A stretch of 64,000 nt of DNA from Octopus vulgaris (GCA_951406725.2 OX597833.1:41168001-41232000), one strand, 5' to 3'; positions 31,451 through 47,891 are shown, numbered from the stretch's first letter. The notes: generated by a model not told the origin, from the letters alone. A program made the numbers and translations.

Positions 31451-32519
31451 CAATAATAATTCTCTAAAAGGGATATAGACAGTAACTGCTCGATAACATA
31501 AGGGTCTAAAGCCATCTGAATATGGCTAGGGACAGGGCAGGGTGGTGGGGGTGTTACTGTTGCATTTAGCCCCAGGCGAACATCGACGTCACCAGAAAGG
31601 CTCGACACCGTCACGGTGTCCTTATCCTGCAAAGGGAGGTAATTCCCCGATGAAGCGGAAACCACACACGGACCATGGTTTCAAGGTGTATTGCCTATCG
31701 TCGGCGTGTGGTAGGCCTCCGCTTCCTCGACGAATTCTCACTCTGCAGGATATTCATATATAGATTTTCAAGCAAAATACATTTGCTGATTTCGAAAATC
31801 TGTTCGAAAGCAATAATAATTCTCTAAAAGAGATATAGACAGTAACTGCTCGATAACATAAGGGACTAAAGCCATCTGAATATGGCTAGGGACAGGGCAG
31901 GGTGGTGGGGGTGTTACTGTTGCATTTAGCCCCAGGCGAACATCGACGTCACCAGAAAGGTTCGACACCGTCACGGTGTCCTTATCCTGCAAAGGAGGTA
32001 ATTCCCCGATGAAGCGGAAACCACACACGGACCATGGTTTCAAGGTGTATTGCCTATCGTCGGCGTGTGGTAGGCCTCCGCTTCCTCGACGAATTCTCAC
32101 TCTGCAGGATATTCATATATAGATTTTCAAGCAAAATACATTTGCTGATTTCGAAAATCTAGCAGTTACTGTCTATATCTCTTTTAGAGAATTATTATTG
32201 CTTTCGAACAGATTTTCGAAATCAGCAAATGTATTTTGCTTGAAAATCTATATATGAATATCCTGCAGAGTGAGAATTCGTCGAGGAAGCGGAGGCCTAC
32301 CACACGCCGACGATAGGCAATACACCTTGAAACCATGGTCCGTGTGTGGTTTCCGCTTCATCGGGGAATTACCTCCCTTTGCAGGATAAGGACACCGTGA
32401 CGGTGTCGAGCCTTTCTGGTGACGTCGATGTTCGCCTGGGGCTAAATGCAACAGTAACACCCCCACCACCCTGCCCTGTCCCTAGCCATATATCAGATGA
32501 GCTTTACTGTCCTCTTATG

Positions 32520-32520
<1 letters not shown>
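31449..32520. mobile_element. ~360-bp unit repeated direct-direct-inverted within (TA)n (pLTR/retrozyme-like array)
   Basis: 31449-31808 and 31809-32160 are tandem and near-identical; 32161-32492 is the reverse complement. (TA)n on both flanks. Confidence 0.85.
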
Positions 32521-32584
<64 letters not shown>

Positions 32585-32716
32585 ATATATATAATGGCGG
32601 TGCCCCATCAGCATGGCCACAGCTCACAGGCTGGAACTGGAATCAATCAATCATATATATATATATATATATATTTATAATCATGTATATTTGTGTGTGT
32701 ATGTTTGTATGTGTGC

Positions 32717-32753
<37 letters not shown>

Positions 32754-32829
32754 CATCATCATCATCATCATCATATATATATATATATTCATCATCAGAA
32801 GCGCACTCTAAAGCATTAGGGCAGTAATA

Positions 32830-32986
32830 CATATTTTTTAAGAAGTTAATAGCCGGTCTTAGAGTGATCATTGGTTTCGCACCCATAAAGTTTTGAGCAA
32901 TGTAGGTGACTCGTCAGACTGCTAAATGCTTTATAAGTTCGAAACCAATGGTCACTCAATGACCGGCCATATTTTTAACTTCCTAA

Positions 32987-32990
<4 letters not shown>
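32830..32990. ncRNA. Foldback element with a type I HHR on the minus strand (32863-32920)
   Basis: Minus strand: agt-CTGACGA-gtcaccta...tgggtgc-GAAACCAATGATC-act. The plus arm reads GAAACCAATGGTC-actc. Confidence 0.65.
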
Positions 32991-33032
<42 letters not shown>

Positions 33033-33369
33033 CAGGTAGGTACCGTCAGTAATTACTTAGAGTAGGCAGTTGGTGACCTTTATGTAGCAAAACACAAAAA
33101 ATAAGCGAAATACAGAGGCGCAACTGAGTTGAAGGCAGATTTACTTCTACCTTTACAGCACATAAAGAAAACGGTGTTGTAGGTGTGTAAGCAGCACATG
33201 TACTACAGCAGTACTATGCGTAGCTTAAATACTGAGATTGAAAAGCAGGGGCAAATTATGCCGACCTAATCTACAAAAAAAAATTAGATATTTTGCATTT
33301 TATGCATATTAATCAGAGTAACCTTCATAATAATATTAATTTAGGCCTTTCTTGCCTACCTAGGCAACA

Positions 33370-34235
33370 TGTCCCTGATATATTCTAAGCCCTGTGCTAC
33401 CAGCACACAGAGCTGAACGACATGCAGACAGGATACACTGGACCGGGATGAATTGAAATCCCTGAATCAAAATCAGTGCGTGACCTGGGCATTGACATGA
33501 GCAGTGATGCATCTTTCCAAGTGCATGTTACCAATTTGGTAATAAAATGCAGACGGCTAGCTGGATGGATCCTCCGAACTATCACAGCAAGAGAAAAGGA
33601 AACATTGATGGTCCTTTGGAGAACACACATCCTCAACCGCTTGAACTACTGCTCCTAACTATGGTCACCACACAATATAAAATTCACGGCAGAACTCGAA
33701 GCAATCCAACGAAGCTACACTAAGAAAATCGTCTCAATGCAACATTTCAGCTACTGGGAAAGACTGAAAGAATTAAAACTCTTCTCCTTAGAACAAGGGC
33801 GGGAGAGATATGCAGTGATAGATATCTGGAAAATCCTGGAAGGCCTTGTACCAAACTTTGGCATTTAAAGTTATTCAAACAGCAAAACGGGGCGCCACTT
33901 CGTTGTGCCAAAGATTCAAGCATCGCTTTCGAAATACAGGATCAGATACTGCAACAGCTTGGGTTTCAAGGGCCCACAGCTCTTCAATATCCTTCCAAAA
34001 CGCCCGAGAGACTGCATGGTGTGGATATAAATGTCTTTAAAGCAAAACTAGATCTCTTCCTATCACGGGTTCCAGGCGTGCCTACCTCACGTCAGGAAAC
34101 AAGAATGAGGGCAGCGTCATCAAACTCTCTCATTAACAAAATTCCACATACTAGAGGAGATTTCAAATAAAGATGTAGCACAGTCAACGGTGGTGCCCAG
34201 CATGTCCGCAGCTTTGCCGCTGAAACACATGAAAG
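33370..34235 (+). mobile_element. 3' fragment of a CR1/L2-like LINE (RT C-terminus and 3' tail), decayed
   Basis: VRDLGI..., GWILRT, L.YCS.LWSP, LEAIQRSYTK, YWERLKELKLFSLE..RERY, GPQLFNILP. The tail GGTGGTGCCC.AGCATG is shared with SINE family B. Confidence 0.85.
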
Positions 34236-34292
34236 GACTAAATAATTAAAGAAACATATATATGTGTGTGTGTATATATACATATATATATA

Positions 34293-34605
34293 TCACCGTG
34301 ATCACCGTGACCGACCAGGCTATCAGATGTTGCTATACATCGCTGAACACAATACGCTTCGCATTGTTTTAGCCTTAAAATGACGCCAACCCGCTGGCTA
34401 AGCGAGCAGGCCAACAGAAGAAAGAGTGAGAGAAAGTTGTGGCGAAAGAGTACAGCAGGGATCGCCACAACCCCCTGCCAGAGCGTCGTGGAGTTTTAGG
34501 TGTTTTCGCTCAATAAACTCTCACAACGCCCGGTCTGGGAATCGAAACCGCGATCCTACGACCACGAGTCCGCTACCCTAACCACTGGGCCATTTGCGCC
34601 TCCAC
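34293..34605 (-). mobile_element. tRNA-derived SINE, family C
   Basis: Minus-strand head GGAGGCGCA.ATGGCCCAGTGGTTAG...GGTTTCGATTCCC with A and B boxes, followed by a ~230-nt body. Confidence 0.75.
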
Positions 34606-34665
34606 ACACACATACATAAATATATATATTTTTTTATTATTATTTTTTAAAATTATTATCATTAT

Positions 34666-34759
<94 letters not shown>

Positions 34760-34866
34760 TCGGGGTGAGTACTTGATAATTATAAGCACCTGTGTATACC
34801 GTTTGGTGGTGTAGGTGGTGGAGTAAATTGATCAAAATAAAATAAAAACATGAAGCGAAGGATTCA

Positions 34867-34944
34867 GCGGTACATATGTTTCGGGCCTTTATTAGACAGA
34901 TTTATAACAATGCATAATGTATGTCTGTGGCCTTCTTCAGCCGC
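34867..34944 (-). ncRNA. Type I HHR, inverted pLTR copy
   Basis: Reverse complement of 39904-39981. Confidence 0.8.
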
Positions 34945-35745
34945 GCACAACAGCTTCCACAAGGACATGTGTTACATCAAAAATTCTTGGTTGGGGATGC
35001 AAATCCTCTCATTCACGTACGACATAATGCGGCAGCAGCATAGAATTGAAGCGTCCATCTCTTTCTTCTCTCAATGTAGAATGAGGAAAATTGGATGTTG
35101 AGGTAATGTAAATAAATAAATACATATATAGAGGTGAAGATGGAGGGGCGAGAGTTCGGGACGAGGGATAAAAAATGTATAAAAAGTGTAAGTATAGAAT
35201 AATATAAAAATGTAGAGGATAAAGATATAAAGAGTTGTAAGGAGATGTAAAGGGGGTATAAAGAAATATAAAGAAATATAAATAAATGTAAAGGCATAAG
35301 GTTATAAAGTAAAAATAGAAATAGAAATAAAAGTAAAAAAACCTGATAAAAACATGATAAAAGTGTAAAAGAATGTAAAGATAAGGGATGTATAGAGGTT
35401 ACGGACCAAGCATGGTGGTCAGGAGATTGATAAAATTTAGTTGTAGAATTGTCAGTAAATCAACAGTTTCGTCTGGGGACCTAATGCGTTGTAAATCAGA
35501 GCTGATGAGCATTTAATCTGGTTCCTTGAATTAAATGGACTTCTAGTACATACATATCATCATCATGGATACATACACCCACATACACGCGTACATATAT
35601 GCCTCCAAGCTTATAAGCATACACACGCACTCGCGTGTAAACACGTACATAAACACACACGCACCCACACGCACGCGCGTACACACACATACATACAACA
35701 GAATATCCGCATGTATCCACGGACATTATACGCGTACACACTCAC

Positions 35746-37998
35746 ATGTATATACGCGCGCCCATCACTACATACACACACGTATATGCCCACGCCTCTA
35801 GGTCTAGGTATAAGATATTAAAGGATGTGTATAAGAACGTATGTAAAGAATCCCGTACTCATGTCTATACTGGGAACTGGTATAGGCTAGACTACCAAAC
35901 CTACAAATCGCTCATCATGAAGGAACTTAGCAAAAAGTATAAAACTACTTCTACGGATAACCTTAAGGAAATTAACTACAAAATCAAGGAAGTTATGAGC
36001 AAATTAGACCTCCTAGACAGAACAGAACCTATTAAACCACAAGTACCCAAAATTACTATTAAAGACCATAAAAAAGACTTCCCAGATAGTGTAGGAGTAC
36101 GATTAATCTGTCCGACTAAATCGGATATCGGCAGACTTAGCAAGACTATCCTGGACAAGGTGATCCCACACATCAAACCCCACATCCCACTCCAACTATG
36201 GATTAACACCGACGATGTGCTAGAATGGTTTAACACTATCACCAATAGGCCCGACTACTCATTCATCCAATTCGACATAGCTAGCTACTACGCCAGTATA
36301 TCCCCCATCTTACTTAACAAATCCCTTATTTTTGCCCGCAACCTTTCACTCATAGACAGAGAAAAAATTGACATAATTCTATTAGCTAGAAAAACCATAA
36401 TAGAATTCGACGGTAGACTCTGGACCAGATCCGATACCCCCGACAATTTCGATGTGGCTATGGGCTCGAGCGATTCAGCTCAGGTGACTGACTTGGTCGG
36501 GGCCTACCTGCTCAAGAAGCTTTTCTCCGAGGTACCGGATCTTCAGGGGGGTCTATACAGAGACGACGCTCTCTTCATATACCCCACCAACAATAGGAGT
36601 AAACTAGAAAGAATTAGGAAAAAGATCAGGCTCTTTTTCAAATCCTTCAACCTTAAACTAGAATTTATGACCAATACTAAAATAGTAAACTTCTTAGATG
36701 TTACGTTAGATTTGAATAAGCACCTTCACCACCCGTATAGGAAACCCGAAGAAACTACCAAATACATCCATACCTCTTCCAACCATCCACCCTGTATAAT
36801 TAGCACCACGGTCCAAGCCATCTCAGACAGACTGACAAAACTATCCTCTAATAGAGAAATTTTCAATAATCATGCACAACACTACAACCAGGCTCTCTAT
36901 AGTGCCGGGTATAACCAGAGAATATCATATGTAGACCACCCGGGAGCGTCCGTCGGCCATAAGACTCCCAATTATAATCGAACTCAGCACTCAACTCACA
37001 CTAGCGATAATTCTAATTTAAACTCCAAACAACGTATAGGAAATAGGCGAACTAATAGAATAGCACACAATAGTAATCCTCCCGACGAGAGCAATATAGA
37101 TCCTATTAGGAGAAATAGAAGGGATAATAGCAGATTACGCAAATATATATGGTTCAACATACCTTTCAACTTAGCAGTTAAGGGTAAGTTATGTAAGAGA
37201 ATATTCTCTATAATTTCCAACAACTTCCCACCCACCCACAAGTATAGAAGTATCTTCTCCAACAAAACTATTAGGATTTCCTACTCTACCCTGCCCAACA
37301 TGAGCTGCCTCATAGCTAAACATAACTATATTAATATTAGAACAGCTAGATCAAGAGCAAACCATAGCGACCAACATAATCCCCCTCATCTAGACAGTAG
37401 ACAATATAACCAGACTGGCAGCCATACTACCCAAACAGTTAGTAACAACACCCGCCAACACAACAGAGGAAATACTACACCCATCAACAACCAGGAGGAT
37501 ACCAACGCCCCCACTCGTATTGCAACACCTCCGCCCGGGGTTAGCAGCACACGACCGAATAATGCAATGCAATGCAACTGCAGATGTGCATCAGAGTGCC
37601 CGCTGCAGGGCGCATGTAGGGCGAAAAACGTAATATACTCATGTGAGGTGAGTACTCAGTTTAACACACTCACCTATATTGGTTGCTCAACCTCCTGGAA
37701 ATCCAGATACTACAACCACCGGTCCTCGCTGGGACACAGACATAAGGCTAACAGCACCTCCCTCTCTAAAAGAATTTGGGAATTAAAAGACAAATGCATA
37801 GGCTTCAAACTCAGATGGTCCATCATCGGATCAGCTGCACCTTATTTAAATAATAGAGCAGGATGCCAACTATGTTGTGTAGAACTCCTGAACATCTTGA
37901 AATTCAAAGACAAACACAATCTTATTAACAAAAGGTCAGAGTTCAAACCATCCTGTATACATAAACTTATTAATACTTTCAAATACTACAATACTTAA
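35746..37998 (+). CDS. PLE RT + GIY-YIG endonuclease, 750-aa open frame (native part starts ~35869; first ~41 aa come from the inverted pLTR)
   Basis: Motifs TGNWY, KDHK, RLICPTKSDIG, WINTDDVLEWF, FDIASYYASI, MGSSDSAQ, GLYRDD, NFLDV, YRKP, SNHPP, CNC..CPL.GAC, VIY...YIG, RYYNH, CQLC, CIH. Confidence 0.93.
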   Translation: MYIRAPITTYTHVYAHASRSRYKILKDVYKNVCKESRTHVYTGNWYRLDYQTYKSLIMKELSKKYKTTSTDNLKEINYKIKEVMSKLDLLDRTEPIKPQVPKITIKDHKKDFPDSVGVRLICPTKSDIGRLSKTILDKVIPHIKPHIPLQLWINTDDVLEWFNTITNRPDYSFIQFDIASYYASISPILLNKSLIFARNLSLIDREKIDIILLARKTIIEFDGRLWTRSDTPDNFDVAMGSSDSAQVTDLVGAYLLKKLFSEVPDLQGGLYRDDALFIYPTNNRSKLERIRKKIRLFFKSFNLKLEFMTNTKIVNFLDVTLDLNKHLHHPYRKPEETTKYIHTSSNHPPCIISTTVQAISDRLTKLSSNREIFNNHAQHYNQALYSAGYNQRISYVDHPGASVGHKTPNYNRTQHSTHTSDNSNLNSKQRIGNRRTNRIAHNSNPPDESNIDPIRRNRRDNSRLRKYIWFNIPFNLAVKGKLCKRIFSIISNNFPPTHKYRSIFSNKTIRISYSTLPNMSCLIAKHNYINIRTARSRANHSDQHNPPHLDSRQYNQTGSHTTQTVSNNTRQHNRGNTTPINNQEDTNAPTRIATPPPGVSSTRPNNAMQCNCRCASECPLQGACRAKNVIYSCEVSTQFNTLTYIGCSTSWKSRYYNHRSSLGHRHKANSTSLSKRIWELKDKCIGFKLRWSIIGSAAPYLNNRAGCQLCCVELLNILKFKDKHNLINKRSEFKPSCIHKLINTFKYYNT

Positions 37999-39903
37999 GT
38001 CTTATACCAACTCCCCCATGCAATTTCCTCCCACCCGGTGCAACCTGTCGGCTCCAGCACATCCCGCTTTCCTATATGTGCGTGTATATGTGTATGTGTG
38101 TGTGTGTGCGTATGTATGTGCACATACGTGTACGTATGTGTACATATATATATACATGTACTTGTGCGTGTGTGTGTGTGTGTGGGTGTGTGTATGTGCA
38201 TATACGATTCCCTGCATTTTCCTCCTATATATACAAATTTTGTCTCCCATATATGACTTCTTTTCCCTAAATATTTCTTCTCCTACACCCATATCCTCCC
38301 TATGTAGTCTCTTTAATTCCCTATATCTATACCCTTTCACATTTCTAACTCGGATGTGGAACGTACGCCGCCAAACTCCACTTCCCACCCTTCCAATTTT
38401 CAGTTCCCCCCGCCCGCCCCTACGTTTAACACACACCTCTAACTTTCAACCACCTTCATCTCATGTTAAACTTTACCAAATTATAGTTTTATCTTATTTT
38501 ATTTTATTTTTATTTTTATTTTTACTTTTATTTTTACTTTTATCCTACTTCCATTTATTTTTATTTTTAATTTTATTTTTACTTTTATTCTACTTCCATT
38601 TATTCTCATTTTTATTTTCATCCCTTACCTTAACTCTTATAATTTTTATAATTCTTATATTTCATTTCTAACTATTACATTGTATTTCTTATTTTATACT
38701 GTATTTTTTATTTCTAATCTTCACCCTTACCCTCATTCCTACCCATAACTTATCGCTTTACACCTCTATATATGTTTATTTACTTACCTATGGATCCACT
38801 TTTTGACTATACGAGCGTCCGCGCGCGTGTGTATACGCATACATACATATGCACGCGTATATATGTACATGCATACTTCGATATCTTATAGCTAGACCCA
38901 TGTGCGCGTGTGTCTCTGTGTGTGTATATGAGTGTATATGTGCACGCACATACGGACACACAGCCGTGTGTGCGTGCACGTATAGACATGAGTACGGGAT
39001 TCTTTACATACGTTCTTATACACATCCTTTAATATCTTATACCTAGACCTAGAGGCGTGGGCATATACGTGTGTGTATGTAGTGATGGGCGCGCGTATAT
39101 ACATGTGAGTGTGTACGCGTATAATGTCCGTGGATACATGCGGATATTCTGTTGTATGTATGTGTGTGTACGCGCGTGCGTGTGGGTGCGTGTGTGTTTA
39201 TGTACGTGTTTACACGCGAGTGCGTGTGTATGCTTATAAGCTTGGAGGCATATATGTACGCGTGTATGTGGGTGTATGTATCCATGATGATATGTATGTA
39301 CTAGAAGTCCATTTAATTCAAGGAACCAGATTAAATGCTCATCAGCTCTGATTTACAACGCATTAGGTCCCCAGACGAAACTGTTGATTTACTGACAATT
39401 CTACAACTAAATTTTATCAATCTCCTGACCACCATGCTTGGTCCGTAACCTCTATACATCCCTTATCTTTACATTCTTTTACACTTTTATCATGTTTTTA
39501 TCAGGTTTTTTTTACTTTTATTTCTATTTCTATTTTTACTTTATAACCTTATGCCTTTACATTTATTTATATTTCTTTATATTTCTTTATACCCCCTTTA
39601 CATCTCCTTACAACTCTTTATATCTTTATCCTCTACATTTTTATATTATTCTATACTTACACTTTTTATACATTTTTTATCCCTCGTCCCGAACTCTCGC
39701 CCCTCCATCTTCACCTCTATATATGTATTTATTTATTTACATTACCTCAACATCCAATTTTCCTCATTCTACATTGAGAGAAGAAAGAGATGGACGCTTC
39801 AATTCTATGCTGCTGCCGCATTATGTCGTACGTGAATGAGAGGATTTGCATCCCCAACCAAGAATTTTTGATGTAACACATGTCCTTGTGGAAGCTGTTG
39901 TGC

Positions 39904-39981
39904 GCGGCTGAAGAAGGCCACAGACATACATTATGCATTGTTATAAATCTGTCTAATAAAGGCCCGAAACATATGTACCGC
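39904..39981 (+). ncRNA. Type I hammerhead ribozyme at the 3' end of PLE2
   Basis: gcgg-CTGAAGA-aggcc...ggccc-GAAACATATGTA-ccgc. Palindromic stem III ACATATGT and an extended stem II. Confidence 0.85.
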
Positions 39982-40013
39982 TGAATCCTTCGCTTCATGT
40001 TTTTATTTTATTT

Positions 40014-40067
<54 letters not shown>

Positions 40068-40491
40068 AGAGACGGGGTGTTTTTCCACGCAGGAAAATTT
40101 GTTGTTGAAAAACTTGTAACTGTTTTAAAATAAATTTATTTACATATATATCAAACTAGTTTCAACAGTTTATCAATGGAATTAGAAATACATATGTCTT
40201 TCTAATTTATAATTCTAAAGCCAGGAATTTTCCAATACTCCCTTGTGCGTCTATATATATATATATATATATATAAATATATTCTTTTACTTATTTCGGT
40301 CATTTGACAGCGGCCGCCTTTAGTCGAAGAAATCGACCCCTGGTGTTATTCTTTGTAAGCCTAGTACTTCATTCTATCGGTATCTTTCGCCGAACTGCTG
40401 AATTTCTGGGACGTAAACACACCAACAACGGTTGTCAAGCGATGGTGGGGGTAGGAAACACAGACAGACATACATAAATATATACATATAC

Positions 40492-40522
<31 letters not shown>

Positions 40523-40700
40523 TAGATGGGTGTGTGTATGCGTATAAATGCATGTAAGTATGGATGTATGGATGTATGTATGTATGTATACGTATGTATG
40601 TGTGTATGTGTGTATGTATATATATATGTGTGTATATATGTTTGTGTATGTATATATATGTGTATGTATGTGTGTGTATATGTATGTGTGTATGTGTATG

Positions 40701-40756
<56 letters not shown>

Positions 40757-41690
40757 TAGGTATGTATCTGTATGTAGGAGTACATATGTGTGTGTGTGTA
40801 TGTATATGCGGGTATATATATATATATGTATATTTATTGGTGTATATGTATAGACTAGCCTCCTAAAGTGTAGACACGAATCTGTAGGTACGAGTACGTA
40901 TGTGTATATACGTGAACGTATGTAGATGTTTGTATGTATGAATATAACGCGTGCGTACGTGTATGTGTATGAGTGTACGAATGGGTGAATGTACGTGCTA
41001 ATGAGTGTGCGTGCGGGAATGAGTACTTGCCTTCTAGTAGACAGACAAATGGACATGCAGCCATTGCCAGGATTCTTAGCCCTAGCGATCAAAGATAACA
41101 AAAGTAATAAATGAAGATAATAAAATTAAAATTAGGGAATGGGCCTGTATTGGATTGTATATATATATATATATGTATATGTATATTTGTATGTATGTAT
41201 GTGTGTATGTGTAGGTATGTATATATATGTATATGTATGTATATATGTATATGTGTGTGTATATATATGTGTATGTATGTATGTGTGTGTAGATACGTAT
41301 ACATGTGTGTATAGGTATAAGTGAGAATCTCCTTATTTACCTATAACTCTATCCCCCCTTTTTTTATATATATATTTTTGTATATATATATTTTATATAT
41401 ATATTTTTTTATATATATATTTTTTATATTTTTTATTTTTTTCTTTATTTTTTTATTGTATTTTTTTATTTTTTTTTATTTTATTTTATTATTATTTTTT
41501 TATTTTTTTATATTTTTTTATTTTTTTATTTATTTTTTTATTTATCTATTCTTTCATCTAACTTACCACTGACTCCTTGACCACTCCCCCAAGTATGATA
41601 TTTTGCGCTATGCCTACCCCCAAAAGTCCCCCACCACCACTCCTTTAAACCTGCCTAAATGTATAAATGCTAATACAATTCTTGTTAAAT

Positions 41691-41824
41691 AGCTTCCTGA
41701 AGATTTCTCTTGAATGAAACAGTACTAGTCCTGTAGAAGCTCCTTCTATATAATAAATTAATTTTACTCTGCTATGTATTGAGTACCTTACTTACTGTGG
41801 TTAACCCCGAATCAACCCGGGACC

Positions 41825-41830
<6 letters not shown>
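41691..41830 (+). ncRNA. HHR-like motif in a short repeat, same family as 27310-27445
   Basis: agcttc-CTGAAGA-tttc(tctt)gaat-GAAACAGTA-ctagtcctgta-gaagct. Confidence 0.6.
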
Positions 41831-41880
<50 letters not shown>

Positions 41881-41957
41881 CATACATACATATATATAGA
41901 TAGATAGATATATGCATGTATGTATATATATATGCGTATGTGTATATATATGCATTC

Positions 41958-41995
<38 letters not shown>

Positions 41996-42159
41996 ATGTA
42001 TATATACATATTTAAGTATATATATATACATATATACATACATATATATATATACACACACACACACATACATAAACGTGTGTGTGTGTGTGTAGTTCAA
42101 ATTTACAGATAACAAAAGACGATGACAAGTGGAGGAACAAGAAACAGGTGTATTACATA

Positions 42160-42345
42160 CAGTTCTATATTTAAGAGTTGGGGAGTTATGTACATCATTT
42201 ACATTATTTACATTCGACGGATATTTGTCTTCATCTTGTTTGTTGTTAACACAATGTTTCTGCTGATATACCCTCCAGTCTTCATCAGGAGTTTTTTTTG
42301 GAAATTCCGAACCTGGGTTCTCATTCCTAAGGTATTTTTCGATGT
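42160..42345 (-). mobile_element. Short HHR-bearing repeat (family of 2720-3149); inverted partner at 43318-43460
   Basis: Minus strand reads CTGATGA-agactggagggtatatcagca-GAAAC. Confidence 0.7.
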
Positions 42346-42367
42346 CATTGTTGTTGTTGTTGTTGTT

Positions 42368-42440
42368 GTCACTGCCAGGAATTGAACTCGGAATCTTGGG
42401 GTTAGCAGCCCGCGCTCTTAACCACTACGCCATATGCCCG
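42368..42440 (-). mobile_element. tRNA-like SINE head followed by (CAA)n
   Basis: Minus strand GGGCATATGGCGTAGTGGTTAAGAGCGCGG...CCGAGTTCAATTCCTGGC. A and B boxes are present but the acceptor stem is poor. Confidence 0.6.
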
Positions 42441-42487
42441 TGCATATAATAATAATGATAATAATAATAATGATAATAATAATAAAC

Positions 42488-43008
42488 CAGGCAATGGCTC
42501 TCATGGCTTCTGATCTTAACTGATTGGAAGTGTTATCATGTACATTGTTTTGTCTTGGTATAAAAGATGGGCTACAGCAAATATTCTGCTCAATACCACA
42601 GATTTGCTTGTCAGTTGTTTGACCTTAACCAGTTGAGCATGTCCCTTAGTGGCTGACGATATGTGCATCTCTGATCACGAGCAGAAGTAGTGGGGGAGCA
42701 TCATAGCCATGTGTTGAGAGGGATTCTTTGGGGTTTGAATAATTCACCTCTGGAAACATGGGTGGTTCTTTCAACATCTTTAAACAACCCTTATTCATGG
42801 GCTACTCAACCTGAAGAAAATTCTAACTGGGTCCCACCTGCAAGGTCATGTGCTGTTTATCTTGATATGAGATCACCATGTCGCGCACATATGGTTGTGA
42901 TGCATGTGCCTGGTGTGCCCTTATCAGACGGGTAGTCATGATGGGTATATTGGGCTTCGTATATTTTACCCCAGTGTCACTTTGATGGCATGAACTGCTC
43001 TCTCACTC
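42488..43008 (+). mobile_element. Interspersed repeat with (AAT)n tail; split minus-strand copy at 58388-58505 and 59665-60105
   Basis: TGGCTCTCATGGCTTCTGATCTTAACTGA... and ...CAGTGTCACTTTGATG.CATG.ACTGCTCTCTCACTCAATA match in reverse complement. Confidence 0.75.
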
Positions 43009-43043
<35 letters not shown>

Positions 43044-43096
43044 TGATGATGATGATGATGATAATGATAATGATAATAATATTAATAATAATAATT

Positions 43097-43169
<73 letters not shown>

Positions 43170-43207
43170 TGATATTGATAATAATAATAATAATGATGAT
43201 AATGATG

Positions 43208-43316
<109 letters not shown>

Positions 43317-43317
43317 C

Positions 43318-43460
43318 GAAACACACCTTAGGAATGAGAACCCAGGTTCGAAATTTCCCCAAGACACCTGATGAAGGCTGGAGGGTATATCAGATGAAAT
43401 GTTGTGTTAACAACAAACAAGATGAGAACAAATATCCGTCAAATGTAAATAATGTAAACA
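43318..43460 (+). ncRNA. Short repeat with a type I HHR motif (43363-43408)
   Basis: gacac-CTGATGA-aggctg(gagggtatat)cagat-GAAATGTT-gtgtt. Family consensus is cagcc-GAAACGTT. Confidence 0.65.
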
Positions 43461-43618
43461 GGTGTATTAGTTTAATGCTCGGGAAGAATGGAAAAGCCTT
43501 TGACGTTTCGAGGCTCATCTCTGTGACAGAAAGTATTAAGAGGAAAAGAACGGAGAAAGAACGAGAGAAAAAAAAAAACAGAAAAACAAAAAATATGTGT
43601 AAAGAATAACGGTTCAAT

Positions 43619-47541
<3,923 letters not shown>

Positions 47542-47742
47542 TTAATTTCCATTGCGGCCATGCAGGGGCACTGCATTGAAGAATTTTTAGTCGAATGTAT
47601 CGACACCCCAGGACTTTTTTTAAAGCCCGGTATTTATTCTATCGATTACTTTTTTTTTTAACCGCTAAGTTACAGCGACGTAAATACACCAGCACCGATT
47701 GTCAAGCGGTGAAGTGGGTGACAAACGGACGCACACACACAC

Positions 47743-47801
<59 letters not shown>

Positions 47802-47857
47802 CATACATACATACACATACATGCATACATACATACATACATACATACATACATACA

Positions 47858-47891
<34 letters not shown>

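Larger units (their letters stand above)
34757..40017 (+). mobile_element. Penelope-like retroelement 2 with ~1.04-kb inverted pLTR and ~2-kb 3' UTR
   Basis: 34831-35870 is an almost perfect reverse complement of 38980-40017. RT + GIY-YIG ORF. Flanks are (TA)n/(GA)n. Confidence 0.95.

Noticed and set aside
39280-39400. Second HHR in the PLE2 pLTR (GACGAAACTGTT on one strand, CTGATGAG on the other)
   Set aside because: The two core halves are on opposite strands and no consistent stems I and II could be built.
35746-40017. Selenoprotein Naiad with a SECIS element
   Set aside because: Neither PLE ORF has an in-frame TGA, the Cys positions are ordinary codons, and no convincing SECIS was seen.
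42368-42440. Functional tRNA gene (also the heads at 34530-34605 and of SINE A/B)
   Set aside because: Acceptor stems are poor and the heads are attached to repeat bodies or tails, so these are SINE heads.
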